Below, in pieces: positions 1-10,111 of a DNA stretch of 46,671 bases. Numbering within the stretch: the first letter of the stretch is position 1; every line of letters begins with the position of its first letter. Location of the stretch: UHGV virus genome UHGV-0040636, one strand, 5' to 3'. This DNA comes from a virus. The translations under genes were made by a program, and so were the position numbers. A model generated the notes under the pieces. It saw only the letters and a program-made list of their open reading frames with translations. It had not been told where the DNA came from and made no database searches.

Positions 1-9
1 TTTTTTTTA

Positions 10-1080
10 TTACAGCGGAGTTTGCGTACCGTAGCCGTTGAATACTTTGGACTTGCCAGTGAAATCATTACGGATTTGCAAACCGAAAGCTGACCACACC
101 ATAAAGTTAAAGTTATCGTGCGGGTTGTCGCGAGCTGCCGCATAGGTGGAAACAGGCTGAGCAACACGCGGACGGATGTACATGTCGTTGCGAACGTAGC
201 CAACGAAATGGTTGCCAGTCAGCAGGAAGTTGGTGCCAATCTTGCCGATGCGACCGTTACCGAACTGCGTGATGTACTGCTCAACTGTGCCTCCTTTGAA
301 GCCAGCTGCATCAGAATACGGACGCATGAAGCTGCGACGTACTGCCGGCGAAACCCACAGAGTTACCTGCTCAAATACGTTCTGCGCATCAAGAATAGCC
401 TGGAAATCCTGATTGAAGAATTTCACGATTTCGTCTGGCGTTGCGGTTTGCAGGTCGATATTCAGGCCACCGGAAACGTTCAGGTTAACCTGAACAGTGT
501 TCGGGTGGTTAGTGATACCGTAGCCAGTGTAAACGCCGTTCACGTTCAGAGTCTGGTCGCCAGTCAGCAGATACTGCGCCATATCGGAACGCAGGTTGAA
601 GGTGACGTTAGCCTGATCGTCCAGCAGTGGGTCAAAACCTTCGGACTGCATACCCAGCAGTTCGCGCCATTCGCGGCTGTAGCCAGTTTTGAAGATTGGA
701 ATCACATCGCCAGTGTAATCGTAGCGAGTTTTATCCAAATCTTCCGGCTCCTGACCAGACAGGGTGCGGACAACCTTACCAGCATCGGAAGCGATGCGGC
801 TGATTGCCACAGTCTTACCGATATTGATGTTTGCCGCGATACCCATCAGGTCAGCCATCATGTCCTGACCAGCTTCGTTGCGGAAAACACGGGTGGTGAC
901 GTTGTCCACGTCGCGCCAGTAATCTTTCGTTACCAGTGCGGTGGCGTTTAGTGCGTATTTTTTCGCAAGAGCATTTTCCGCATTAACAAAAACCTTGCGG
1001 TCAATCTTTAGGTGATTCCACTGGTCAGCCACCACTGCGGAGTTGGCTACCAAGTCTTTGGTGAAAATAATCTTTTCCAT
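10..1080 (-). CDS. major capsid protein (HK97-fold class inferred)
   Basis: 356 aa. It is the last gene of the head operon, directly after the scaffold and decorator genes, as in other siphoviruses. Its stop at 10..12 is followed by the hairpin plus T-run formed by the window ends. No family motif was recognised with certainty. Confidence 0.6.
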   Translation of the reverse strand: MEKIIFTKDLVANSAVVADQWNHLKIDRKVFVNAENALAKKYALNATALVTKDYWRDVDNVTTRVFRNEAGQDMMADLMGIAANINIGKTVAISRIASDAGKVVRTLSGQEPEDLDKTRYDYTGDVIPIFKTGYSREWRELLGMQSEGFDPLLDDQANVTFNLRSDMAQYLLTGDQTLNVNGVYTGYGITNHPNTVQVNLNVSGGLNIDLQTATPDEIVKFFNQDFQAILDAQNVFEQVTLWVSPAVRRSFMRPYSDAAGFKGGTVEQYITQFGNGRIGKIGTNFLLTGNHFVGYVRNDMYIRPRVAQPVSTYAAARDNPHDNFNFMVWSAFGLQIRNDFTGKSKVFNGYGTQTPL

Positions 1081-1082
1081 TA

Positions 1083-2962
<1,880 letters not shown>

Positions 2963-2981
2963 GGTTAACTCTCCACGGTTA

Positions 2982-3101
2982 GTTTGTGGTCGAATTATAA
3001 CACAGGGAGATATAGCACCATGAGGCGGTAGCCAGTGCAAACAATGGCGAACTTGTGAGTGCGTATAGTGTGAGAAAGTAAGTGATAGGGATTATGTTCA
3101 T
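2982..3101 (-). CDS. small hydrophobic peptide (39 aa)
   Basis: ATG at 3101 with perfect AGGAGG 7 nt upstream. Predicted peptide MNIIPITYFLTLYALTSSPLFALATASWCYISLCYNSTTN. Below the 60-aa cutoff of the ORF track. Confidence 0.35.
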
Positions 3102-3156
3102 GGGCTACCTCCTGATTAAATGATAGCAGCCCATGATGAACAAAAGATATACGGAG

Positions 3157-3303
3157 TTAGTCTGAAATCACATCATCCATAAATGCAAGTGCAGCACCAG
3201 ATAGGCAGAACAGAGCACCATAGCAAATCATCTGGTACAGAGTATCAGCCTCAAATACCCTTGCGAATGCGTATGCTGATAATATCCACAGTAATGGAAT
3301 CAT
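3157..3303 (-). CDS. small membrane protein (48 aa)
   Basis: ATGA start/stop overlap with the ORF ending at 3300. Sequence MIPLLWILSAYAFARVFEADTLYQMICYGALFCLSGAALAFMDDVISD, two hydrophobic segments. Confidence 0.35.
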   Translation of the reverse strand: MIPLLWILSAYAFARVFEADTLYQMICYGALFCLSGAALAFMDDVISD

Positions 3304-3488
3304 ATTCTACCTCTGTTTTCTTTATATAGAGAATCGCAAATCTTACGGTACGCAATGCCAAAGAAGTCGTATTTCTCATTATATCGACCACCTACCGCGC
3401 TAATTTGATTTGCTGCAATGGTGCTTGCTGCATTAATCAATGCAACCTGAACCTCCACTGGCAATTCTGGAAATTTTGGTTCGCTCAT
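3300..3488 (-). CDS. hypothetical protein (62 aa)
   Basis: ORF with ATGA coupling to the upstream ORF (3485..3488). Part of a run of coupled minus-strand small genes. Confidence 0.4.
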   Translation of the reverse strand: MSEPKFPELPVEVQVALINAASTIAANQISAVGGRYNEKYDFFGIAYRKICDSLYKENRGRI

Positions 3489-3811
3489 AACCCAGCCTCC
3501 TGTTTTGCCCGGTGCACGTATGACATGAACTTACCAATAGGCATTTCCTTACGGATTTGCGCCAGTATCGCCCCATGAATCATTCTTTCTTCACCAAAAT
3601 ACAGCTTATCCAGGCGAGTTTTAATGAGTGCTCGCGTGCGCTTCATGTGGTCGCGCGCCTTAAGTGCTTTCTCATGCCAGACGCGGTCGTTCTTCTTATC
3701 CGCATATTGCAGTTGACGCTCAACGGTTTCGATTTCAAACGCCAGTTGCACGTCATAATCTTCAAGCTGAATGATGTCTGCTTTCATAATGTCGTTTAGT
3801 TGGATAATCAT
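3485..3811 (-). CDS. hypothetical protein (108 aa)
   Basis: Start/stop overlaps on both sides (3808..3811, 3485..3488). Basic, helical composition. Confidence 0.45.
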   Translation of the reverse strand: MIIQLNDIMKADIIQLEDYDVQLAFEIETVERQLQYADKKNDRVWHEKALKARDHMKRTRALIKTRLDKLYFGEERMIHGAILAQIRKEMPIGKFMSYVHRAKQEAGL

Positions 3812-4110
3812 TTTTTCACCTCTAATCCTGCTTGCTCAATTACCATTTCATATGCATCCATTGCGTCACCAAATCCATTGGAGTAATCAACCGTGTAGCC
3901 TTTATTTAATGCCGCTCTTGAATCAATGAAATCCGGAGACTTAATCTCAATTGCTGCGCGCGATGCTTGCCATGCCAACCATGCAAGGTTTGTTTGATGG
4001 CATTTGTACTGCTGGTTATCCCATTCTGTCATTGGGTATTCCGTGCGCCATAAATCAAAGCCTGTTTCTTCCCTGGCCCACTTCTCAAACTGCTCTCTAC
4101 TTGTCATCAT
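3808..4110 (-). CDS. hypothetical phage protein (100 aa)
   Basis: Coupled to neighbours. N-terminal EQFEKWA...LAWLAWQA motif resembles small lambdoid early-region proteins; recalled from memory only. Confidence 0.45.
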   Translation of the reverse strand: MMTSREQFEKWAREETGFDLWRTEYPMTEWDNQQYKCHQTNLAWLAWQASRAAIEIKSPDFIDSRAALNKGYTVDYSNGFGDAMDAYEMVIEQAGLEVKK

Positions 4111-4330
4111 CTAAATCCTCATCATCACCTTCTAGATTTACAGTCCATCCATGCTCGTCACACCACATGCAAGTATAATGAATGTAAGGCCACCCTCCGC
4201 TACTAACCCACTCATGGTCACATTCAATTTCCTCCACTATCCAGCCCATCTTTCTACGGTTATTGGCAATAAACTCATCAGATGTTACAAATAGAGTTCT
4301 GCCAGATTTATGCTTAATAGCCCATCTCAT
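4097..4330 (-). CDS. hypothetical Cys/His-rich protein (77 aa)
   Basis: CDHEW...YTCMWCDEHGW cluster suggests a Zn-binding fold. Acidic C-terminal tail DDEDLDDDK. Confidence 0.4.
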   Translation of the reverse strand: MRWAIKHKSGRTLFVTSDEFIANNRRKMGWIVEEIECDHEWVSSGGWPYIHYTCMWCDEHGWTVNLEGDDEDLDDDK

Positions 4331-4490
4331 TTAAAACATCCTCAGCAAGTTTTCGGAACATGATTTGCACTCTTGCCACCTTGCGCCACTCAGCTTCGGT
4401 AAGAATCACATCCTCATGCTGCGGCATTCCTGACATTTCGCATGGCGGTAGTGGCTCATACTCTTGCTTCTTGCGTTTCGCTTTTCCCAT
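4317..4490 (-). CDS. hypothetical basic protein (57 aa)
   Basis: ATG at 4490, translation MGKAKRKKQEYEPLPPCEM..., overlaps the start of the 77-aa ORF by 14 nt. It competes with the 3' end of the 4456..5007 ORF, so one of the two is mis-delimited. Confidence 0.3.
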
Positions 4491-4944
4491 GCTGACCTCT
4501 TGCGCTGAGAAGGAGTGAATTAAACAGTTTGCTCACGTTTACTTCCTGCTCCTGCCATGAGTAACGCCATAGCTTCTTGTGGTGGTCATAGCTTCGCGTT
4601 ACATCGCCGTTATGAAACATGATGCGGATGCGGCTTTTCACGATGCGATAATCAATGCTAGTGGTGGTACTGATTTCTTTCACCTCTGCGCCAGCATTAT
4701 CAAGCAAATGGCACTTAATCGCATCATCAATACCAGCTGAATCATCAGAGATGAAATACTTGTACTGCCACTTGCCGCCACGGATCACGGACTTCTCTCG
4801 ACGAATGAAGCCAAGCGCGAGCATCTCGTGAAGACGATGCGTAGTGGTGCTTGAATGCTTACCTCCGCAATGCTTTTCAATATATGCACGCGTTGCGCCG
4901 GGATGATTGACAATCACGCGCATGATTTGTGATTTATAGTCCAT
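4456..4944 (-). CDS. hypothetical protein, possible winged-helix DNA-binding N-terminus
   Basis: Internal ATG at 4944 preferred (MDYKSQIMRVIVNHPGATRAYIEKHCGGKHSSTTTHRLHEMLALGFIRRE resembles a wHTH). The 3' extent is uncertain because of overlap with 4317..4490. Confidence 0.35.
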   Translation of the reverse strand: MDYKSQIMRVIVNHPGATRAYIEKHCGGKHSSTTTHRLHEMLALGFIRREKSVIRGGKWQYKYFISDDSAGIDDAIKCHLLDNAGAEVKEISTTTSIDYRIVKSRIRIMFHNGDVTRSYDHHKKLWRYSWQEQEVNVSKLFNSLLLSARGQHGKSETQEARV

Positions 4945-5182
4945 AATCACGTTCCTCTGCTGCCTGATTGAAGTCGTCAGCGGTGTAGAGGTGTCTGTTG
5001 CGGGCATTCCATTTCTTCATTGCCGTGGATGCACAGCAATACGAGTCAGTGCGGCAAAAACAATCTCCACACTCAACGTGCAAACCTTCTCCGTCATCAA
5101 TAACCATTACGTCATCACAACCACAAAACGGGCATTGTAATAGCATCTCATCGTTCATCATCGGCATGTGCGGTGCGCTCAT
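4934..5182 (-). CDS. Lar-family restriction alleviation protein (zinc ribbon)
   Basis: LLQCPFCGCDDVMVIDDGEGLHVECGDCFCRTDSYCCASTAMKKWNAR matches the CPFCGG...V.C..CG...AI.AWNRR signature recalled for Lar (Rac prophage) proteins. GGGGAG RBS upstream of ATG at 5182. Confidence 0.6.
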   Translation of the reverse strand: MSAPHMPMMNDEMLLQCPFCGCDDVMVIDDGEGLHVECGDCFCRTDSYCCASTAMKKWNARNRHLYTADDFNQAAEERDYGL

Positions 5183-5373
5183 TTTATCCACTCCCCTAAG
5201 TTATTAAATTTTGGCGTATCACCAGACCAGTCGATAACATCTTTCTGTTGGCTGCGCTTACGTTGCAGGCGGTTTCGCACCTCACGCAGCTCGCATTCCA
5301 GCCATTCGCGAGTACGCTCAACTTCATTCAGTCGCCGGATTAGCGACTGTTCGTACAGTTCGTCATGCGCCAT
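5179..5373 (-). CDS. hypothetical coiled-coil protein (64 aa)
   Basis: ATGA overlap with the Lar-like gene. Charged helical sequence. Confidence 0.4.
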   Translation of the reverse strand: MAHDELYEQSLIRRLNEVERTREWLECELREVRNRLQRKRSQQKDVIDWSGDTPKFNNLGEWIK

Positions 5374-5433
5374 TTATAATTTCTCCCGTAGAATTTGATA
5401 ACAACGTGCTCAACGCACAGATAACCTTCATCC

Positions 5434-5631
5434 TCAACCGTTACTGGTTGAACTATAAACCAGCGCAGATATAAGTTCGTCAGCCTTTTCACGACCAGCA
5501 ACCTCCGACTCAAGCGCCAGTGAACACATGGCAGTTTCCACATACTTAATGGTATCCTCGCGAACTTTAAGGATTTCCATAACCTCGCGCACCTCTTTCT
5601 GATATCTCGCCGCTATTTCTTTGTATCGCAT
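5434..5631 (-). CDS. hypothetical protein (65 aa), first gene of leftward early unit
   Basis: ATG at 5631 with GGTGA upstream. Lies ~30 nt downstream of the minus-oriented promoter element at 5659..5672. Confidence 0.4.
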   Translation of the reverse strand: MRYKEIAARYQKEVREVMEILKVREDTIKYVETAMCSLALESEVAGREKADELISALVYSSTSNG

Positions 5632-5658
5632 TTCCACATCACCTTTTCCGTTGTGGTA

Positions 5659-5698
5659 CAATCTACGTCAACAAGTATTGACTAAGTGATGTAGAAAC
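5659..5698. promoter_or_regulatory. divergent promoter/operator region with two copies of the recurrent GTAGA element
   Basis: CAATCTACGTCAAC (minus-oriented TTGACGTAGATTG) at 5659..5672 and GTGATGTAGAAAC at 5686..5698 flank a nested inverted repeat GTCAAcaagtaTTGAC. It separates the leftward unit starting at 5631 from the rightward unit starting at 5731. Confidence 0.55.
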
Positions 5699-5730
5699 GT
5701 CAAGATGTTTTTCGAGAAGGAGTAGCAAAT

Positions 5731-5925
5731 ATGCCAAGACCACGACGCGAGCCGATGGACATTATCACCAGCATTGTGGAGAAGCGGCAGCCGCTGACAC
5801 TCCGTGATGTTCGCTACTTTGCCCGTTGCTATGTGGCGCTGGCTGATATGCCAAAGGATGAGATGTACCAGATGATTCGTGAGAATTTTAATGTTGATGA
5901 AAATAACCGGGTGACGACGAAATGA
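5731..5925 (+). CDS. hypothetical small protein (64 aa), possible DNA-binding
   Basis: First gene of the rightward unit, GGAG RBS, ATGA coupling to the next gene. Confidence 0.45.
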   Translation: MPRPRREPMDIITSIVEKRQPLTLRDVRYFARCYVALADMPKDEMYQMIRENFNVDENNRVTTK

Positions 5926-6413
5926 AAAAATGGAAATATCTGAAAGGTTATGAGGATGATTTTGCTGGCCATGACACGGCTTGTCTTGTAGTTAAGTCAG
6001 GAAGTACTGGTGAGATTTTCTATCTAAGCATAGATTACACTGGTCGCATTGAAGTGATTGAGGGTTGCGGGGATGTTGTTATTGCATACCGCGAGCCAAT
6101 TACCGACGAGCAAGACCTCAACGATTGCATTGGAGCGCCGGAGGCTGATGCAACAGAGCGGCTCATCACCGAGCGCGGTAGCCGATACGGCAAATTCAAA
6201 GATGGCGCTGAAATCATGCAGGAACTGAAAACCGTCATGCGCGAAGTGGATGGGTGGAACAATCTGACACCAAGCCAACGCGAGTCGCTAGACATGATTC
6301 AGCACAAGATTGGGCGCATTCTGAATGGCGACCCGACCTATGATGACAGCTGGAAAGACATTGCTGGCTATGCGACATTAATTGTTAATGAACTGAACGG
6401 AGAGATTAAATAA
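5922..6413 (+). CDS. hypothetical protein (163 aa)
   Basis: Coupled ORF. The C-terminal half (RESLDMIQHKIGRIL...DSWKDIAGYATL) resembles a conserved phage domain of unknown function, recalled weakly. Confidence 0.45.
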   Translation: MKKWKYLKGYEDDFAGHDTACLVVKSGSTGEIFYLSIDYTGRIEVIEGCGDVVIAYREPITDEQDLNDCIGAPEADATERLITERGSRYGKFKDGAEIMQELKTVMREVDGWNNLTPSQRESLDMIQHKIGRILNGDPTYDDSWKDIAGYATLIVNELNGEIK

Positions 6414-6721
6414 TGTCATTCTGCGACATCACCATCGCGCAACGAAACGCGAACTTTACCAATATCGCTGACACGTCAGCGCAACTGGTATCACTGAACA
6501 GCGACGGCAGCGCAGTGCTCAAGATCGGCACGGAAACAGCGCAATTCATCGTGCAGAATCTGTCACAGGAGAACGCAAAGCAGGTGCTGATTAGCACTGG
6601 TAGCGTGCTGTTTTTGGCTGGTAATTACAATGCACCGAATCTTGAGTGTTCACTGGTGCGCATCGTTGAAACTGCAGTTGAGGAATCTGTTAATGAGCCA
6701 GCAACACTGCCAGCAGAGTGA
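6413..6721 (+). CDS. hypothetical protein (102 aa)
   Basis: ATGT overlap with the upstream stop. No recognisable motif. Confidence 0.4.
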   Translation: MSFCDITIAQRNANFTNIADTSAQLVSLNSDGSAVLKIGTETAQFIVQNLSQENAKQVLISTGSVLFLAGNYNAPNLECSLVRIVETAVEESVNEPATLPAE

Positions 6722-6839
6722 TCAGTCCGCCTACATCGTTACGGATAATCGTGGTCGTCGCTATCTGGTGTTTTCTGGTAGCGTTGAGCATCAGAATACA
6801 ATTATGTTTGGATATCAAATCAAACCACTGTATGAGTGA
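6693..6839 (+). CDS. hypothetical protein (48 aa)
   Basis: ATG at 6693 with GAGGAA RBS. Overlaps the previous ORF in another frame. Confidence 0.3.
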   Translation: MSQQHCQQSDQSAYIVTDNRGRRYLVFSGSVEHQNTIMFGYQIKPLYE

Positions 6840-6933
6840 GGTATAAAATGGCGCTGAAAGAGTTCACCGACCCAGTCAAATCGCGCAAAGATATGGATGA
6901 GAGTGTGGACGAATACGAAGGTTGTTGAAGCAC

Positions 6934-6958
6934 AAGCCCCATTACGGGGCTTTTTTAT
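6934..6958. terminator. bidirectional rho-independent terminator
   Basis: AAGCCCC-ATTAC-GGGGCTT followed by TTTTTTATT. Convergent units meet here, and the last codons of Rz overlap the stem. Confidence 0.7.
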
Positions 6959-7433
6959 TGCGCAGTGAATTATATTGCGCCTCACATGCTAATCCCGCCT
7001 CTCTTGCCCTGTCAGCATAATCTGCCAGCTGCCGATTTCTTTCGACAGACTTGCTGAGCACGTCGGAGAGCAAAACTCCGGTTTCTGCGGCTGGATTGCC
7101 AATGGACTCAGCGGTGGAATATCCGACGAGCTGCTTGCGGATACTGGTGAGTTGTTGCTGCAACCTGCCAGACTTAGCAGCAGCATTGACAGCATCATTG
7201 CGCGCAGCGTCAATCCTTTGCTGTGCGTCGGCCTGAATCTTTTGCAGTTCTGCATTGCGTCGTTGCTCCTCTTGTTCGTCTGCGGCCTTTTGCTCTGCGA
7301 TTGCTTGAGCCTTGCCTTCTGCGTATCGCTGGTCGCCGTACTCTATAACCTCCCCGCGAATCCACAGCGCGCCAGCTGCAACAATTATAATAATTGCCAG
7401 CAGTCGCCAGTATTTAGCGAGAATCGACATCAT
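6942..7433 (-). CDS. Rz-like inner-membrane spanin (i-spanin)
   Basis: Start refined to ATGATG at 7433 (GGAGG RBS). N-terminal TM segment MMSILAKYWRLLAIIIIVAAGALWI, then a charged coiled coil rich in A/Q/E/R. Final gene of the lysis cassette. Confidence 0.7.
   Translation of the reverse strand: MMSILAKYWRLLAIIIIVAAGALWIRGEVIEYGDQRYAEGKAQAIAEQKAADEQEEQRRNAELQKIQADAQQRIDAARNDAVNAAAKSGRLQQQLTSIRKQLVGYSTAESIGNPAAETGVLLSDVLSKSVERNRQLADYADRAREAGLACEAQYNSLRNKKAP
6989..7198 (-). CDS. Rz1-like outer-membrane lipoprotein spanin (o-spanin), embedded in Rz +1 frame
   Basis: MMLSMLLLSLAGCS lipobox (LAGC) followed by a proline-rich periplasmic segment DIPPLSPLAIQPQKPE. Fully embedded in Rz, the classical arrangement. 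Confidence 0.65.
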   Translation of the reverse strand: MMLSMLLLSLAGCSNNSPVSASSSSDIPPLSPLAIQPQKPEFCSPTCSASLSKEIGSWQIMLTGQERRD

Positions 7434-7573
7434 CGCGCAGCCTCCATATAAAACACCGGCGAGTTGCAAACTGCACCAATTGTGAGCGGTTTTTAAGTGC
7501 GCGCCACGCCGACTCAATATTGCCTCCCCCGCTGGTTATGCGCACCCATTCCCGCACCAATACATCTCTCTGC

Positions 7574-7804
7574 TCACTCACCATCGCGCAGCCTCCGGTT
7601 TTCCTTCCTCATGCCATGCATCTTGCCGAGAATGCCAATCAGCATGATTGAATAACTCACCCCCTTAACCACAATTGGCGGTAGCGCTGCTTTCAGGTCG
7701 TCCGGCATCATTACCCATACATGCATCATTGCATCAGGCCATAACTGCAACAGTGAGCAGAATGAAATCCACGCGCCGAGCAGCCAGTTGCTTAGCTTTT
7801 TCAT
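7574..7804 (-). CDS. holin (class II-like, two TM segments)
   Basis: 76 aa, two hydrophobic helices and a charged C-terminus KMHGMRKENRRLRDGE. ATGA overlap with the lysozyme stop. Lies between the lysozyme and the spanins. Confidence 0.55.
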   Translation of the reverse strand: MKKLSNWLLGAWISFCSLLQLWPDAMMHVWVMMPDDLKAALPPIVVKGVSYSIMLIGILGKMHGMRKENRRLRDGE

Positions 7805-8265
7805 GCCACAACTCCGCCAGCATCCTTGTATACCTGAATCAGCTTATCCAGTTTCTGCTCATGCTGACCATAGCCAGCGCCCGGCAGTGAGGCCCAGCGG
7901 GAGCGGCATTTATGGATGGCATCAGCAATTCGACCAGCTTCAATGTCGGCAGTAGCCTTGCATTCATGGATTAGTTGCATTGCAATGGCGTCCTGCGATG
8001 CAGGAGAAAAGTCCGGCAAACGCAACTGCTTTTTGTACGCGTCATAAAACTTAGCCAGCACCTGATAGCGTCCGGCGGCAGTGGATTTGATGCCCAGCTT
8101 TGGCAGGCTAATCAGCTTGCGTGGGTGGTCGGAATAATCAGTAAACAGTGAGCCGCCAACAATCACATCATAACCATGATTATTGGTTTTCTGTCGCCCG
8201 TTATCCGTACCCTCGCTGTACGCCAGCATATCCAGAAACGCCTTCATGTTTTTGCTAATAGCCAT
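7801..8265 (-). CDS. R: phage lysozyme/transglycosylase, lambda R-like
   Basis: Start refined to ATG at 8265 (AAGAGG RBS). KAFLDMLAYSEGTDNGRQKTNNHGYDVIVGGSLFTDYSDHPR...ASLPGAGYGQ is near-collinear with the lambda R sequence recalled from memory (KAFLDMLAWSEGTDNGRQKTRNHGYDVIVGGELFTDYSDHPR...ASLPGAGYGQ). Confidence 0.85.
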   Translation of the reverse strand: MAISKNMKAFLDMLAYSEGTDNGRQKTNNHGYDVIVGGSLFTDYSDHPRKLISLPKLGIKSTAAGRYQVLAKFYDAYKKQLRLPDFSPASQDAIAMQLIHECKATADIEAGRIADAIHKCRSRWASLPGAGYGQHEQKLDKLIQVYKDAGGVVA

Positions 8266-8533
8266 ACCAGTAAACCTCTTTTTCAGTCTTGCGTTTTGCT
8301 TTGTCGCCAGTCTTCTCGCCCCATACGATGAAATGCGCAACAGCACATGAGAAGCAGCGAAGGTTGTGTTTCTTCAGTAACGTTGATTTGCGGAACTTGT
8401 CAATGCCAATGTCGGTAGCAAGACTCGTCAGCGCATCAAACTGATTCTGCGTTGTCTCAGTGGCGATGTAAGGCGATATATCCACGGCATCAGTGACTCC
8501 AAACGTATATTTGCCGCGTTGCGATAGTTCCAT
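8255..8533 (-). CDS. hypothetical protein (92 aa), first gene of leftward lysis unit
   Basis: Lies downstream of the minus-oriented element at 8605..8618. Overlaps the lysozyme start by 11 nt. Confidence 0.4.
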   Translation of the reverse strand: MELSQRGKYTFGVTDAVDISPYIATETTQNQFDALTSLATDIGIDKFRKSTLLKKHNLRCFSCAVAHFIVWGEKTGDKAKRKTEKEVYWYGY

Positions 8534-8577
8534 TCTGCCTCCTGTTCAAATAATGATTAATTCTATCACAACAGGTA

Positions 8578-8618
8578 TTGACGTAGATTGAGTGGTGGTG
8601 CATAGTATCTACATCAAA
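8578..8618. promoter_or_regulatory. overlapping divergent promoter elements (TTGACGTAGATTG plus-oriented; TTTGATGTAGATAC minus-oriented)
   Basis: Elements at 8578..8590 (+) and 8605..8618 (-) sit between the leftward lysis unit and a rightward small-gene unit. Confidence 0.5.
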
Positions 8619-8639
8619 CGATGATGTGAGGAAGAACTC

Positions 8640-8783
8640 ATGGTAATGGTCAAATTCAAAGAAAATGGACGCTGCGGAGTGTTCAATATTGAGCAAATTA
8701 AAATCCGTCCGTGCGGGAAAGTGGTTGCGCCATTTGGTCTGGTGCAGATGCGTGAAGTTGAGATTGTTGAATATATTAAGTGA
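8640..8783 (+). CDS. hypothetical small protein (47 aa)
   Basis: GAGGAAG RBS, ATG 8640. Its stop overlaps the start region of the next gene. Below the ORF-track cutoff. Confidence 0.35.
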   Translation: MVMVKFKENGRCGVFNIEQIKIRPCGKVVAPFGLVQMREVEIVEYIK

Positions 8784-8791
8784 GGTTGGTG

Positions 8792-9127
8792 ATGAAAGAA
8801 TTTAAGGGATACCCAGCACCATGGGATATGCGAATTGATAATGGCATGGCTATTTTTGATTGGCACCCATCATCCAAAGAGTCTGGCGCTCACTCTCATT
8901 TTGCTGAATGCGTAGTTTCAATGAGTTGCAGTCAAGAAGATGCTCAGGACTTCCTACTAGCTAATGCGGTATTGATGAGGGCATCACCAGACCTTCTTGC
9001 GGCACTCCAGCAGCTACTGGAAATCTACGACGACCACTCCGGAAAAGTCTGGACAACATCAAGCAAGCGTCGCGCTCTGGATAATGCGCGCGCGGCGGTT
9101 AATAAAGCGTTGGGAGAATCGAAATGA
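8792..9127 (+). CDS. hypothetical protein (111 aa)
   Basis: ATG 8792 with GAGG RBS. ATGA coupling to the next ORF. Confidence 0.45.
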   Translation: MKEFKGYPAPWDMRIDNGMAIFDWHPSSKESGAHSHFAECVVSMSCSQEDAQDFLLANAVLMRASPDLLAALQQLLEIYDDHSGKVWTTSSKRRALDNARAAVNKALGESK

Positions 9128-9303
9128 CATGGATTCTATTTATTATTGTTGCATCATATCAAGGGCCGGCGGTAACAACAGCTGAATTTTCTAATCATGA
9201 CGCATGTGAAAGGGCGGCTAAAAACATAAGTGCAATTTTCAATAAAAACTATAGCTGCTTCGATGCTATTTGCGTTCAAAAAGGTACTGGAGAAACAAAA
9301 TGA
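9124..9303 (+). CDS. small secreted/membrane protein (59 aa)
   Basis: MTWILFIIVASYQGPAVTTAEF: N-terminal hydrophobic segment with a possible signal peptidase site. Coupled on both sides (ATGA). Confidence 0.4.
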   Translation: MTWILFIIVASYQGPAVTTAEFSNHDACERAAKNISAIFNKNYSCFDAICVQKGTGETK

Positions 9304-9461
9304 CATCAGGAGAAGCATTTCAGAAGTGGTTTCAGCTATTTAATGCTGAACTCGAGAAGTTGGGAATGAACAAGATTGATGCGCAAAGTGCTGCTGTCGC
9401 ATGGAATGCAGCTAATTCATGGCGCGACGGTGACTTATTTGATGCTGAGGATGAAAAATGA
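9300..9461 (+). CDS. hypothetical protein (53 aa)
   Basis: ATGA overlaps at both ends. Confidence 0.4.
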   Translation: MTSGEAFQKWFQLFNAELEKLGMNKIDAQSAAVAWNAANSWRDGDLFDAEDEK

Positions 9462-10111
9462 AACTTATCGACCTGTTAGTTCAAGAATTGCCTAAGCGTG
9501 GCGGGTGGCCTGAGGGCGCTGAAATTGCCGTACAGGATGCCGACTCTCAGATTTGCTTCAGCTCTCACGGTGATGTATATGCAAACAAAAGCCAAACCGA
9601 CTGGTATGGCGGTGATTGGGGCGACGGAGACTGGAGTAACCCATTCATTGACACTATTGCTGATGACAGGCATGAGTGTATCGTAACTCGCGACCAATAC
9701 GAATCCGCACTCGCAGCATCGCAAAAGCCAGCATGGAACGGAGAAGGTCTGCCTCCGGTTGGTGCAAAAGTAGAATTCTTTATTAATCCAAAGTTTGGAT
9801 ACCGCAATAACTGGATTCCTGATGCTGGCACTGAAATGGAAGTGGTGGCACACAAAACAACAACGGACGGAAACGATGTGGCTGTTTGCTACTGGGATGA
9901 GGGTGGTGCTGGTCGGTCATGGTGCTTCGTACCTGAAAGCCTAAAGCCATTACGCACAGAAGCGGAAAGGAAGCGAGATGCTGCGGTTGAGGCGATTGAC
10001 CGGTTTATGCCTGAATGCGTCCCAGACACGCCAAATAAGTTTTACCATGCAAAGAAAATCTACGATGCCATTGCAGCAGGCAAAATTCCCGGAGTGAAAC
10101 TGGAGGATTAA
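9458..10111 (+). CDS. hypothetical protein (217 aa), W/G/D-rich
   Basis: WYGGDWGDGDWSNPF motif. Last gene of the unit before the terminator at 10189..10215. Confidence 0.5.
   Translation: MKLIDLLVQELPKRGGWPEGAEIAVQDADSQICFSSHGDVYANKSQTDWYGGDWGDGDWSNPFIDTIADDRHECIVTRDQYESALAASQKPAWNGEGLPPVGAKVEFFINPKFGYRNNWIPDAGTEMEVVAHKTTTDGNDVAVCYWDEGGAGRSWCFVPESLKPLRTEAERKRDAAVEAIDRFMPECVPDTPNKFYHAKKIYDAIAAGKIPGVKLED

Noticed and set aside
118-951. 277-aa plus-strand ORF, plus 212..412 and 1043..1288
   Set aside because: These lie antisense within the capsid and decorator genes. They have no RBS and a non-coding-like composition (R/S/C-rich), so they are shadow ORFs.
9476-9855. Minus-strand ORFs 9476..9853 and 9565..9855
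   Set aside because: These are antisense to the coupled plus-strand gene 9458..10111. No RBS. Shadow ORFs.
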